NCBI RefSeq assembly: GCF_018350175.1
Contig: NC_058368.1
Coordinates: forward strand, 45,572,001 to 45,636,000
DNA: 64,000 bases
Reading direction: 5' to 3'
Source: Felis catus
Taxonomy: Eukaryota
Part shown: one piece after another, positions 1 through 11,888 of the stretch
How positions within the stretch are numbered: position 1 is the stretch's first letter
How the letters are laid out: every line of letters begins with the position of its first letter
Notes under the pieces: generated by a model
What the model was told of the DNA's origin: nothing
Database searches by the model: none
Seen by the model: the letters and a program-made list of their open reading frames with translations, nothing else
Translations under genes and position numbers: made by a program

Positions 1-314
1 CCTTGCAATTTATCATTGGGAAGGAACACTCTGGACCATCATAGTCAAAGGATGACAAGGTGGTGGGCATTGACCTGTCTACATGCTCTCCTGCTTTGCA
101 AAGTAGGTATGTCAAGGGTTAGCAGTCTTAAATTAAATACAAAAGTTTTGGTAATTCCCTACTTCTAGAACAATGGGTGCTTATTCATTCTACATGTAGC
201 TATGAAGTTTACATAAATAATTATTCCAGATATTTAAATTCTATTTCTTTAGATTTAAACATCAAATTAATCTGTCCTAACAAATCTAATTCTTCCCACT
301 GCTAATAGGCATAC

Positions 315-410
315 CTATCCACATTTTACAGAAGAGAAAGCTGAGAATTGAAATGATTAAGTAATTTATTCAATATTACCTAGGTAGAATGGTAACACAG
401 GATTACACCA
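315..410 (-). mobile_element. MIR SINE fragment
   Basis: CATTTTACAGAAGAGAAAGCTGAG...TTAAGTAATTT resembles the reverse complement of the MIR core. Confidence 0.65.
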
Positions 411-475
411 CATAAAAATATTAATTCTTTATACTATTACATAAAAAAACACAAAAAGTTGAGAGACTATACAAT

Positions 476-498
476 ACACACGCACACACACACACACA
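476..498. repeat. (CA)n microsatellite
   Basis: Seen directly, one CG interruption. Confidence 0.9.
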
Positions 499-1254
499 TC
501 TGGGATAATATGCATCCCATATACTTTAATATATGGAGTTGGTTGTCAATATCAGTGTAACTAAAGTTTGTTCATTTTATGATTCTCTAATAAGAAGAGT
601 TTACTTTTTTAATGAGTTTAAGATTTTCACTGAATTAGATCATAATTCACGTTTATTGGAAAAAGACGGAAATGTTTTAACTTCCCTGTCTACAAATTGC
701 TTTCTGAAATATAGCTCCTCTTTGCTTTACAAGACAAACTAGATGTGAAGAAAAAAACGTGGATACATTGTAGCTAACATTTCATTTCCTCTTGGCAGCT
801 CATGGAATTCTGTCATTAGGCTGTCATCATACTGTGTTTATTTTATCCTGATATCAAGATATAGGTTTATATGAAGAAACCTGGGGAAATATTTAGCTGA
901 ATTAGAATGCCTTCAAAAATAAAAGTAAAATTAAAGTTTACTTTTAACTACTGAACACATAGTAATTATACAACAAAATTGCACTGAGTGAATATAAAAA
1001 CAAAAGAACGTTAAAATAAAGTATTGTTTTGATCTTTTTAAGTGGCAAAGAAAATACTTTAGCCGGTATCAATAATAAACACAATTGTCACATTACTGTT
1101 TAGAAGAGAATTAAGAGAGAAAAGTAAGGGAGGAAGAAAGGAAGAGAACAAACACATTTCTCTTCTAGCTGCCCATTCTCAATGTCAACATGGAGGATAA
1201 AAGAGGGAATACAGGTTGGTGTAATGGGCAGTGTGACCGAAAACTGGCACCTTC

Positions 1255-1432
1255 GTGGCCACTGTTGTGTGCTGCTCACATCCCCCCTCAGGACCAAGGC
1301 ACTTAGTCTCCAGCTGTCAGAGGTACTGGCTGCTAAGGGTTGACAGCTGAACATCTTCCCAGGAATTTCCCTCATGAAAAGGAATTTTTTTTTACCCCAA
1401 ACTATGCCCCATTCTTGGAGGCAACCTGCCCT
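1255..1432 (+). mobile_element. LTR16-like ERVL LTR, 5' fragment
   Basis: GGACCAAGGCACTTAGTCTCCAGCTG...GGCTGCTAAGGG...CAGCTG...GGAATTTCCCTC resembles the recalled LTR16 5' part. Confidence 0.55.
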
Positions 1433-2199
1433 GTTGGTACAATATCCATGATTATTTCCTTGGTCTTCTTTCTATATACAGATGTAGATATATAGATACA
1501 GACAGATATAGGTACAGATGTGGATACATACACATAGATATCTATCTTTGTGCATGTACACATGTGCGTACACAAACACACAGATGTTAGTCTTATAACA
1601 AATTATGGGGAAACCCAAATTTAAAGTCAAGAGATATTTAAATAGATTCTAGCTTGTTGATGTATTTTAATTAAACTTTTTTGAATATTTAGAAGCTATA
1701 CCCGCTGTACCTATCACTTCTGTATTTCTCTCTTTTCTCTCAACTTTAGAGAATGAGTTGCACAATGTTCACTCATTATAGATTAATATCACCAAGTACT
1801 GCACCAGTCAGCAAGTATAGTTATCATGCAGTCAGGAAATGAGAAACTAGTCTAGATATTTCACACAAAGAATTTTATACAGGCATTTAGTTGCAAAGGT
1901 GTTAGGAGGACTCCAAAGTTTAAAGAGGATTTGCAGAAACAACAGAAGCTGCTAATACCATTGGAATGACGCTCAGGAGCCAGATCCTACCCTTGTCCTT
2001 TTGGAAATGCTTTTACAGTGGTTTTTGATCATAACGCGTATTCCCCTTTTTCTAACAGACAATGACAACATGAGGCTATTTTATACTCTTGAATAGATGT
2101 ATGTCCTTGTACAATAAGCAGTGTGTTTGCAATCTGCAAGTGCTAAATAGTACATCAATTATGTTCTTCATAGTTTTCAAGATTCATTTCTATAATCTC

Positions 2200-2745
2200 T
2201 CTCATTTGCTTGATACATATAAAATTCCTCATTTCTAACTAATTCATAGGATTCCATTGTGTGTATCTACATATTTTATTTATCCATCCCCTTAGTTGTG
2301 TATAACTAAGTCCCATCCAATCCCCTGATGCCTCCAGCATTACTGTGACAAATAGGCACACAGACACCTCTGGGATGTCTATCAGCCAAGAGACCACTGA
2401 GCCACGGGTTATAAACATAACTAAACAAAGAACTGCCTGAGTATATCCCTAAAGGGTTATACCAGTTTATACTCCTTAATAGCATACGAGGAAGGCTCAT
2501 CTCTTCTCATTATTAAACCAGAGTATTATCCAACTTTCTAGTTTTCTCAATATCTTACATGGGAAGTTTTATTTCATAATAGTTTTAAATGGTATTACTT
2601 GAGTGGATTTAAACATCTGTTCTTATATTTGTTAACCATCTGAATTTTCTCTCCATGAAAAACCTGCTGATGTGCATACCCATTTTTCCATTGGATTTCT
2701 AGTCTTTCCCTGGCTACTTTTCAGAACTACTCTATAATTTCATTA
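2200..2745 (-). mobile_element. Old L1 (L1ME-like) 3' fragment
   Basis: ATTCCATTGTGTG...TTTATCCAT, CCAGTTTATACTCC and CCCATTTTTCCATTGGATT are typical antisense L1 3' motifs; appears to resume at about 4020. Confidence 0.65.
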
Positions 2746-2749
2746 TTTT

Positions 2750-2894
2750 CATCCATCCATGCATTGATTCATACTTGCTGGATTTTTATTGAGCACTTAT
2801 CACTTTGTAGCTATTGTTTTTTTTTTAATTTTTAGTCACTTTTTATTTCAGAGAGAATAAGAGTGAGGAGAGGGGCAGAGAGAGAGACTGAGAA

Positions 2895-2944
<50 letters not shown>

Positions 2945-3745
2945 TTAAGCAGGCTGCATGTTCATTGTGGAGCCCAGCACAGGGCTCGATCCCATGACCC
3001 TGGGATTAGAACATGAGATGAAATCAAGAGTCAGATGCTCAACTGACTGAGCCACCCAGCTGTCCCTGTAGCCATTATCTTCAACACTTATCATATATTA
3101 GTGAACAATAGAGACAATAGATCTTAACCTGAGGCTTATGTTCTAGTTGGAAGCAGGAATGCATAGGAGTAGAAAACGATACATATGTAAATGATAAAAG
3201 AAAAAATTAAATAGTGTGTTAGGAGGGCAGGGGAGGACAGGTGCTAGGAAAAATAAAACTAGAACAATGTACAGAAATTGAGAGAAGGATGATTAGCATA
3301 AAACTCTCCAAGCAGGTGACATTTAAATAATGACTTGACAAAGCCATGATTATTATTTTTGAAGTTATCTGGAGGAAGGATTCCAAGGAGAAGCTAATCA
3401 AAGACTTAACATAATACAAGTGTTTGAGAAAGAGTATGAAAGCTAGAGGAAAGAGTAGGACATCTAGTCAGAGAAGAAACATAGATTTTACTGAGATGGG
3501 ATACCAGTGGCAATTGTCGAGCAGGGGAATGACATGTTCTGGCTTTTGATTAAAAAAATATATAGCAATCTAGTTGCTGTGTTGAAAACAGATATTAGGC
3601 AGGTGAAGAAGCAGAGATATCAGTAAGGAAGCCATGGCAGCATCCAGGCTCGAGATGAGGACTTGAATGTGATGTTAACTGTAGACAGAGCTGCTGGAAT
3701 TCTAAGCATATTTTCAAAGTAGAGCCAAGGGATATTAATTCCTTG
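2750..3745 (-). mobile_element. L2 LINE 3' portion, interrupted by a CAN-SINE
   Basis: Starts CATCCATCCAT...TTTATTGAGCACTTA (reverse L2 3' end); later GAGCAGGGGAATGACATG and TATTTTCAAAGTAGAGCCAAGGG. Confidence 0.75.
2817..3066 (-). mobile_element. CAN-SINE, older, with expanded (GA)n
   Basis: Poly-T, (GA)n tract, ends ACTGAGCCACCCAGCTGTCCC; imperfect TSD TGTAGCTATT/TGTAGCCATT. Confidence 0.92.
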
Positions 3746-3796
3746 TGAGTTTTCAAGGTTATATAGAACACCTGCCAACCTGTCACCTGACTCCTG

Positions 3797-4007
3797 TTTT
3801 ACTTTAATGTTTATTTATCTTGAGAGAAAGAGAGAGCCAGCAAGCGTGGGGGAGGGGCAGAGAGAGATGGGGAGAGAGAATCCCAAGTTGGCTCCACACT
3901 GTCAGTGAGAAGTCCAACGTGGGGCTGGATCCCAGGAACTGTGAGATCATGACCTGAGGTGAAATCAAGAGATGGACACTTAACTGACAGAACCACCCAG
4001 GCACCCC
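3797..4007 (-). mobile_element. CAN-SINE
   Basis: TTTAATGTTTATTTAT...GAGATCATGACCTGAG...CCACCCAGGCACCCC. Confidence 0.93.
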
Positions 4008-4019
4008 GACTCTTATGTT

Positions 4020-4345
4020 CATTTGGTGTTTTTTATTCAAGAGAGTTCCGTAATTTAAATGCAATCAAATAGATCTCATTTTCATACTAGAGACTCTGTC
4101 ATTCACATCAAGAAATTCTTTCCAGCACCAATATCATGTCTTTGTATTAGCCTTAGAGTTTGACATTTTATATGTTGGTCTGTAATCATTAAATCATTTA
4201 TTTATCTTTCTAAAATACAAGGGAGGACTCCTGTTTTTTCCTCTTTCCCGATAAGTCAGTTTTTCAGAATGCAGCCTTTAATTTTCCCATTGATTTGTGG
4301 TATCACCTGTATGATACAGCATGTCTCCATAAATACTTGATCTTA
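4020..4345 (-). mobile_element. Old L1 fragment, continuation of 2200-2745
   Basis: AAGAAATTCTTTCC and TTTCCCATTGATTTGTGGTATCACCTG resemble antisense L1 ORF2 3' sequence. Confidence 0.5.
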
Positions 4346-4671
4346 GTGAGCTACAACAAGCCTCTATTTTGCATACCTTGTAATAATTAGAATTTGTTTT
4401 ATGTTAACTGTAAGTCTGTATCTTTTGTAAACAAGACCATAAAAACTATGTAACTGATTTACATTTCTGGCACCATTAGGACCAAGAAATCCCAACAAAC
4501 ATTTTCCAGAGCAGCCGGAATGTTGGATTACTCCACGTCTTTTAAATGTTCTGATAAATAATCTGAGTCAGAAGTCTGCACCTTGGAACACTTATAAGAG
4601 AGTTTACACCATTTCTTTTTTACAGGTCAGGATAATACTATGCTTATTTTCTTAAGAAGTAGACCTTGTTA

Positions 4672-4893
4672 GGGGCGCCTGGGTGGCCCAGTCAGTTAAG
4701 CGGCCGACTTCGGCTCAGGTCATGATCTCGCGGTCCGTGAGTTCAAGCCTCGCGTCGGGCTCTGTGCTGACCGCTCAGAGCCTGGAGCCTGTTTCGGATT
4801 CTGTGTCTCCCTCTCTCTCTGATCCTCCCCCATTCATGCTCTGTCTCTCTCTGTCTCAAAAATAAATAAACATTAAAAAAATTAAAAAAAAAA
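4672..4893 (+). mobile_element. CAN-SINE (feline SINEC type), full length
   Basis: GGGGCGCCTGGGTGG head, A/B boxes, CT tract, A tail; TSD AGTAGACCTTGTTA at 4658-4671 and 4896-4909. Confidence 0.98.
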
Positions 4894-4959
4894 GTAGTAG
4901 ACCTTGTTAGAGACTTAATTTTTAAAATTCAACAGTTTCACCAATTTTACATTGTTAGT

Positions 4960-5108
4960 GACCAAACAGACCTGAGTTAAATTTTGACCTCAACTCTTAC
5001 TACCTTGGTACATTTTTGAGGTCCGAGGATCTTCAGCTGTCTTCCCTGTAAAAAGGAAATAAAAATGCCCATGGCTCAATTTTGTTATGACAACTAATGT
5101 AACAAGGA
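4960..5108 (+). mobile_element. MIR fragment
   Basis: CAGACCTGAGTTAAAT...CTGTAAAAAGGAAATAAAAATG MIR-like order of motifs. Confidence 0.55.
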
Positions 5109-7472
5109 GTACACACTGTAATGGATTAGTTTGTGAAAATGAGAAACAGTGATTCAGTGGTAACTCAGGCCTAGGAACAAGTGGTCTGTTTTCTCGCTCC
5201 TCTAGTAGTTATTTTCCATGTAAGAAGCAACTCTCAGTAGTCCACTGGTCTGTAAATGACAAAGGCAGATGTCTCAATAGCAGTTATCTTTAAGAACAGA
5301 GCACAATATCCTGCCAAGTTTTGAAGAAGATATTATTTGACTGACTTCCTTACTGTGTTTGGCAGTATTTCAGAACCATATCATCATATGAAAAAACATG
5401 GCCTAAGTGTTTTCTCTAAGGTACTAGGTAAAATAGGGTGTTCAGCATTGTAAATTTGTGAAAATGTGTTAACAAATATTCTTATTACAGTGTTTTATTT
5501 TTGTTTTTGTTATAATAAAACTCTTTAGGTGGTGAAAAAAGAAGAACAAAATCATTCATTATCTCTTGCTTGGATTTCTAGAATACTGTGTTTTATTGTT
5601 CAATAGATGATCAATAAATGTTTATTTACCAAATTGTAAATGTACTGTAAATTGTAGTCACAAGAGCAATGCAAACATAATTTTTAAATAGCTGTATCTT
5701 CAGTATTGTTTGATACGATACTAAGTACACTCTTTTTTTTCCCCCATATGTAACGTCATTGTATTTCTACTGTGGATTTCTGGGGATCTATTTAAGGCTA
5801 ACCCTGAGCAGATGTTTGGAGTCTAGGTTGATGGCTTAACAGCTCCTGACATAAGCATGACCTTCATAAAATTAAAGCATGGGTTGTCTAATATGGTATA
5901 AGTGGCCTTTTATTTAAATCTGAGTTGGAGGTACAGAGTCAATAATCACTGAGTATGAACCAAGTGTAATAACCCAAAGATGATGAGACAATGTTTGCCC
6001 TTTATCAGAATAAGGTTAAAACGGCTGTCAAGGTGACAGACGCTAATCAGTGAAACCTGAACAATTATGCCCAATAATCATTAAATGAAGGCAGGGAACT
6101 AGACTCCTGGGAAAGCACCAGCGTTTGGCAAAACAAGATCGGCCTTTATCAAGGGAATTGTGGAATTTGGAGCTGAAGGTAGTATCGAACTCAAAGTCAA
6201 ATTTCTAGATGCTGCCCCTTAGCATATTAAGAGGGCATGGTTAAGTATGATACTTCTAAGTTAAAACTTGCTATAGAAAAAGTGAGCACATTAAGAAAGC
6301 TAATAATTTCATAGTCCTCTGGAGAGGAATGAATGCACATTATCTTTTAAAATACTTTATAATAGCCGCAGTACTGACTCTGCAATTTGTAGTATATTCT
6401 TTTTCATCAGTTGATCTTTACAATGTAAGATCCAGCTACAGAAATTACGTATTTGTTATTTATCTTTCTGAGATAGAGCCTAAGATGAAAAGCCAAGTAC
6501 CGTATCAGGGTAAAACATTTTATTTTTTATTTCCCTCTAAGTGACTCTTAGGACAGAAAAACAATCCTGTTTGCTCTGATCTCATTGTCAACGATGTGGC
6601 AAAAGATCATTTTATCTGACTATATTTTTGTACAACAAAATAATATGGAATATCCTAAAACATGAACTATCATTCTTGGTACAATGGCAGGTTGGAAAGA
6701 AAGTTTTCCTTCAAGTGTTTGGGCTGGATTACCTCTTAGAATCTATCACATTAAAGGAGAAGTGATTTTCCAAGTGTTCATTCATAGATTTCACTTAGTA
6801 TGTCTGGCATTATATCATTTTACACCAGATTACTTAAACTGTGGTCTTTCTGGGAGTAAATGATGTAAGGGAAATATATTATTCCACTATTATATACTGT
6901 GTACTTATCACTTCCTTATGCGTATTTGGGAAAAAAAAAAGGTGTTTTTTTTTTCAATTTATGTCAATCTTTGCAGCTATGCTGGAAAAAAATAATTGAA
7001 AAGGATGGTCATGGAAATATAAACACCACTAGCTGATTCTTGGCATAAATTAAATCCTTTAAATAAGTTATTATGTTTTTTTTTTCAGAAGAAACAGTAT
7101 TATACTAGGAAAATCTGTAGAAAAGTAGAAATATTCTCTTTTTGCCTTTCTGCCCTTGTGGATTATTTCATCATATGTGAAGAATATTATGTTATATTAC
7201 AAGTTACCATGAAGTACTTCTGATTGAGCAAAGTACATTCATATTTAGTAAATATTCTTTGTCTCTGTAAAATCTAGATATTTTGTAAATTTTTGTTGTA
7301 GTGGCACACTTGATTATATTCTATAGTATATTATATTCTCTCTCCACTTTTTATCCCCATCGTAGTCACCTCAGATGAAATCACCATCACCTAGCAGTTT
7401 GCTAACAGGCCTCCCAGTATACATGCTTTTTCCACAATGTAACTAAAGTGATTCATTTAAAATGCCAAAATT

Positions 7473-7643
7473 GGGGGTGCATGGGTGGCTCAGTTGGTCA
7501 AGCGACCGACTTCAGCTCAGGTCATGATCTCACAATTTGTGAGTTCGAGCCCCATGTCAGGCTCTGTGCTGACAGCTCAGCAACTGGATTCTGCATCTCC
7601 CTCTGACGCTGGCCCACTCATGCGCTAAATATTAAAAAAAAAG
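7473..7643 (+). mobile_element. CAN-SINE, older, internally deleted; tail continues at 7855-7870
   Basis: GGGGGTGCATGGGTGGCTCAG head; outer TSD AAAATGCCAAA at 7459-7469 and 7871-7881. Confidence 0.93.
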
Positions 7644-7854
7644 TTTTTTTTTTTTCAACGTTTATTTATTTTTGGGACAGAGAGAGGGCATGAACGGGAG
7701 AGGGGCAGAGAGAGAGGGAGACACAGAATCGGAAACAGGCTCCAGGCTCCGAGCCATCAGCCCAGAGCCTGACACGGGGCTCGAACTCACGGACCGCGAG
7801 ATCGTGACCTGGCTGAAGTCGGACGCTTAACCGACTGCGCCACCCAGGCGCCCC
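7644..7854 (-). mobile_element. CAN-SINE, young subfamily, inserted in the tail of the previous SINE
   Basis: Near-intact CpGs, ends CCGACTGCGCCACCCAGGCGCCCC; flanked on both sides by T(A)nGTTTT. Confidence 0.98.
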
Positions 7855-8023
7855 TAAAAAAAAAAGTTTTAAAATGCCAAATATAATTACTTAGTGCCCT
7901 TGCTTAAGCCTCAGTATCTTATTATTGCTCTTATGGAAATAGAAGAATATTGTTTCTCCTAGTTTTCACAAAAGGAGAATAGACAATCTTTCCCATTCTT
8001 ATTTAAAGTTTAAAAGACTTCTA

Positions 8024-8272
8024 TTTTTTTAAATGTTTATGTATTGATTTTGAGAGAGAGCGAGAGAGAGCGAGAGAGAGCGAGAGAGAGCGAGAGAGAG
8101 CGAGAGAGAGCGAGAGAGAGCGAGAGCGAGCGAGCAGGGAAGGGGCGGACAGAGAGGGATATGGAGAGCCAAGCTGGCTCTGTGCTGTCAGCACAGATGT
8201 GAGGCTCGAACTCACAAACTGTGAGATCACGACCTGAGCCTAAATGGAGTCAGATACCACACAGGTGCCCCC
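8024..8272 (-). mobile_element. CAN-SINE with a (CGAGAGAGAG)n array
   Basis: SINE body GCTCGAACTCACAAACTGTGAGATCACGACCTGAGC; TSD-like ACTTCTATTT on both sides. Confidence 0.93.
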
Positions 8273-8733
8273 TAAAAACTTCTATTTCTTAATGCAAACT
8301 ATTACGATGTTTTACTGCCTCTTACATTCAGAGCTCTGCTCCTGAACATGCTAAAGATTTGGAGGGGAGGAGAACGGGTTTCATTCTAACATATTTAAAT
8401 TTCACAGCTTTTGTAAAAGAACATACATATTTTATTTTTCAAGCTACTTATTCAAATTCCTCACAGAACGAGGTTTCTTAGAATGGTGATTTGTTTACAG
8501 GGCCGAGAATCATGCTAGTAAACTACATGCTCAGGTTGGGAAACAGTAGTATCTGCGCGGCCATAAGGCTTACTCCGTAACTATTTTTTTTTTTTTTTAA
8601 TTTAATCAGTCCTGCAAATCTTCAGACCTATTCCTCTAAGGGAAAAAAGATGCTCAAATTTTGCAAAAACAGTTGCCAATTTTTAAAAGACTAAATTAGC
8701 ATTAATGAAGCAAACAGTGGGGAAGAAGGCACA

Positions 8734-8748
8734 AGTGCCACCTGGAGG
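8734..8748 (-). promoter_or_regulatory. Candidate CTCF binding site
   Basis: Minus strand reads CCTCCAGGTGGCACT, fitting the CTCF core CC[ACT][CG][CT]AG[AG][GT]GGC[AG][CG]. Confidence 0.5.
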
Positions 8749-9399
8749 AGACAGATGTGGTGGCGTCCTCCGCTGTCTCTGCCCACGTCTTCTGAGAGCA
8801 CAAACACATTAGCTGGAGATGACGATACTCCGTAGCCTACAGATCAAACACTGGCAGATCAGTTTTTTTTTTTAAACACTGAATAACACACTAAAGGAAG
8901 AATCCAAGCGGCTGGCATGTTATTAGCTAACTTAAAGCCTAATACATGTGCATCACATTAGTAGTGTATTCCGATGATGGTGTCTCCATGAGAAGAAAAA
9001 TAAGGTTACGTACAGAAACAGGACTAGAAGGATTCCATAGCTTGCATGACTGCTATTTATTTGTTTGGGGACAACAAGAGAATGACATAATTATCAGAGT
9101 AGCTGGCCATAATTATGTTTCCAAAATCACTTTTATAAATGCTGGTATTGCTCATATAATAGAAATCACCTAATAATTTTAATGCATTATTTTCCAAAAC
9201 TATTCATGCAAGTACTTATTGATGAGTAGCAACTACGTCGTAAGTCATGGTACACACGATTCTGTGTACCAGGTAACTGGTTTCACTGCCAGTTGTCATA
9301 TCTCCCTTTGCCCTGTCCTCAAATATATCAAAGTACATTTTTAGGGTAGTAACTCTGACAGAACACTAATTAAAATAAATTAGTATATGAATTGTTTAG

Positions 9400-10870
9400 T
9401 AAAGTATATACTCGGATTTTAGAAAATTTATATTTTTATGGTATTAAGAATTTACTCAAGATGCATTATATATTTCTATTTGTTCTTATCTTGATGTATG
9501 CCTTTCAAGCAGTACAATTTTTTATTTTTATATAAAGGTCTTGTTTTTCTCGTTAACTTTTGTTGAGGTAATTTAGTTTTTTGTTATTGTTATTATGCAT
9601 AGAATACTTGCCACATTTCAATTTTAAGTGCTTATTGCTTATGAGAGCAGTTAATATTTAGCATTACTAAATATCACCGTCACTGATACTGTGAATTCTA
9701 GTAGGTTCCTTATTCTCCCAGAGTATTTTAGGTTTTAAGTACAATATGTAGTCACCAGGAATAGACTATCTTTATTTTTTCATCAAATGTTTAATGAGAT
9801 ATATTTATTTATATTGTATCTGTTGAATATTGTTAATATAAGTTTATGCTAGACATATATTTTATTTGTATTGCAATTGCTATAAACACTGTAAGTGCAA
9901 TAGCATAAACGCTGATCTAGTTCCTCATATTAACTGAAATAAATTTGGTATTTTTCAGTTTGAACAATGTTTATAGATCTAAAAAGTTTGTTTTTCATCT
10001 TTATTATTATTTGGTATAATTTATGATGGCACATTGAATAAATCAGGTCGCTGTTCCATACTTGGAAGGATATATTCTTTAAATTTCAAATAAAACTCCT
10101 CTGTGAATCATGTTATTGTAGAGTATCTCTTCAATGAAAGATTTTAAGTAAACTTTTCAGGTTTTCATGTTATAATTTCCAATCATTCTTGTGTAAATGT
10201 TGGTATTTTTAGCTCACTAATTGTTCAATTACCATATATTTTCAAGTTTGTATATAGAGACTTGGGTCTTATTTTATCTTTATCTATGATTATATCTATT
10301 TAATGTTTCCTTAACATTTATACTATTTGTCCTCATTCTTGTTTCTTCAATCTCACTAAACTTCTAAATAACATTCTCATTTTTAAGAACATCAGCGGTT
10401 ACTTTTCTTTTCCTAGTCAGTCCATTTTAGCTCCTTAATAAACTTCTACTTTCTACTTATGTTAAAAAAACAAACAAACAAACAAACAAAAAACCATTGG
10501 GGACATTGAACCAGGAAGGCTCAATCGGTTAAGCAACCAACTCTTGATCTTGGCTCATGTCATGATTCCAGGGTGGTGGGATGGAGCCTGCTTAAGATTC
10601 ATTCATTCATTCATTCATTCATTCATTCATTCATTCTCTCTCTCCTCTCCCCACCCCTACCCCACTTGTGCACACTCTACCGCTCTCTAAAGAAAATGAA
10701 AATTATTTCTTAGTTTCTTTACTTTTTTCTTTAATAAGGAAAGTGATTAAGTCTTCACTTTTTCCTCTTAATACTATGTTGCTAATCATAGGTGGTTTGG
10801 TATGAAATGTGGTTTGCTATGAAATGTGGTTAATTGACTTCTAGATAATTTGTAATATCAGTTTTGATTT
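9400..10870 (-). mobile_element. Highly decayed L1M ORF2 region
   Basis: T-rich antisense L1 motifs such as AAAGGTCTTGTTTTTCTCGTTAAC and TAGTTCCTCATATTAACTGAAAT. Confidence 0.55.
10499..10702 (+). mobile_element. Degenerate CAN-SINE containing (ATTC)n
   Basis: GGCTCAATCGGTTAAGCAACCAACTCTTGATCTTGGCTCA...GGAGCCTGCTTAAGATTC followed by an (ATTC)n run at about 10597-10636. Confidence 0.85.
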
Positions 10871-10899
10871 TTTTCTTTTTACCCCCAGACCCCCTATGG

Positions 10900-11160
10900 T
10901 GATGTAGGCTACTTGGGGGTGACAGCTGGAGTGTCAATGCTCCCTGTGGAACGTGAAGCACTCCAGGAGAAGGAAATCACTTGCTGAGAGGGAAGGACTA
11001 GGGAAACCAGAGCCACTGGGGGCACTGCGAAGCCGTGGCAGCAGCTGGGGACTACCTGCCTCCTGACGACTCCGCAGGAGACAAGAATAAATTTTTGTTT
11101 TGTTTAAGCCACGATTACTACTTCTTCTCATTTTATATAGCTGAACTAATATAAGTAGAG
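10900..11160 (+). mobile_element. MLT1 (ERVL-MaLR) LTR, 3' part
   Basis: AATAAATTTTTGTTTTGTTTAAGCCAC...TAGCTGAACTAAT matches the MLT1J/K-type terminus. Confidence 0.6.
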
Positions 11161-11189
11161 ATATTAAATATTAAATTTAAAACCAAATT

Positions 11190-11888
11190 AATTTGAATGA
11201 ATGGCTGAAAATTGAAACCTCAGAGTTGATCTGAGCAAACGTAAAGGTATTCCATTACATATGGAAAGCCAAAAGCAAACTGCATGATTACAGAATAGGG
11301 ATGTATCTGTTTGCAACTTAGGGGCTATCGTCAACAGTTGGATAGTGTGTGGTTTTAATCACCACCCCTTCCGGTTGCATGAATAGAAGTAACACGTCAA
11401 GAATGTTGGTGGATGAAGTAATAATGTGCCTTTGCTCCAATAATCGGCTACCACCTAGTGCATAAAGTTTTAAGCTCCATATTTTAATAGGAACATGAAA
11501 ACACTATAGAATAGTTAGAAGAGATAAAAAATATACAGGGATTTAAAGGATATTAATATCTCTTTGTATACTGGAAGATCTTTCCATGGGAAAGAGGCAT
11601 TAGTGAGAATGATTTAGGCTCAGTGCATTAAAGACTAATGGGTGGAGTTAAACCAGTTGTTAGGAGTTTCAGGTAGGTCAGTTTGAGTTGAACATAAAAA
11701 GGCAGTATGCAACAATCAGCTGAACATGGATAAAATTAATTTTCTCTGGACAAAGTGTGTTTCCTATCACTGGTGGTGACTTCGGCCAAGTAGCCACATG
11801 GTGGAGATGTTGTAGAGGGAATTCCAGTGTTCCATGGCTTGTTGGAATAGAGGAAATTTAAGGTTACTTCCAAATTCTGGAATCTATC
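11190..11888 (+). mobile_element. L3/CR1 LINE 3' portion
   Basis: GTTGCATGAATAGAAGT, TTCCTATCACTGG, GATGTTGTAGAGGGAATTCC and terminal TAAGGTTACTTCCAAATTCTGGAATCTAT are typical of the L3 3' end. Confidence 0.75.

Larger units (their letters stand above)
7340..7940 (+). mobile_element. L2 fragment hosting two nested SINEs
   Basis: CACCATCACCTAG...AACAGGCCTCCC...AAAGTGATTCATTTAAAATGCCAAA[SINEs]...CCCTTGCTTAAGCC follows the L2 3' motif order. Confidence 0.55.

Noticed and set aside
1820..1970. Possible very old LTR fragment (LTR78/79-like)
   Set aside because: Similarity from memory is too weak to name or bound without an HMM search.
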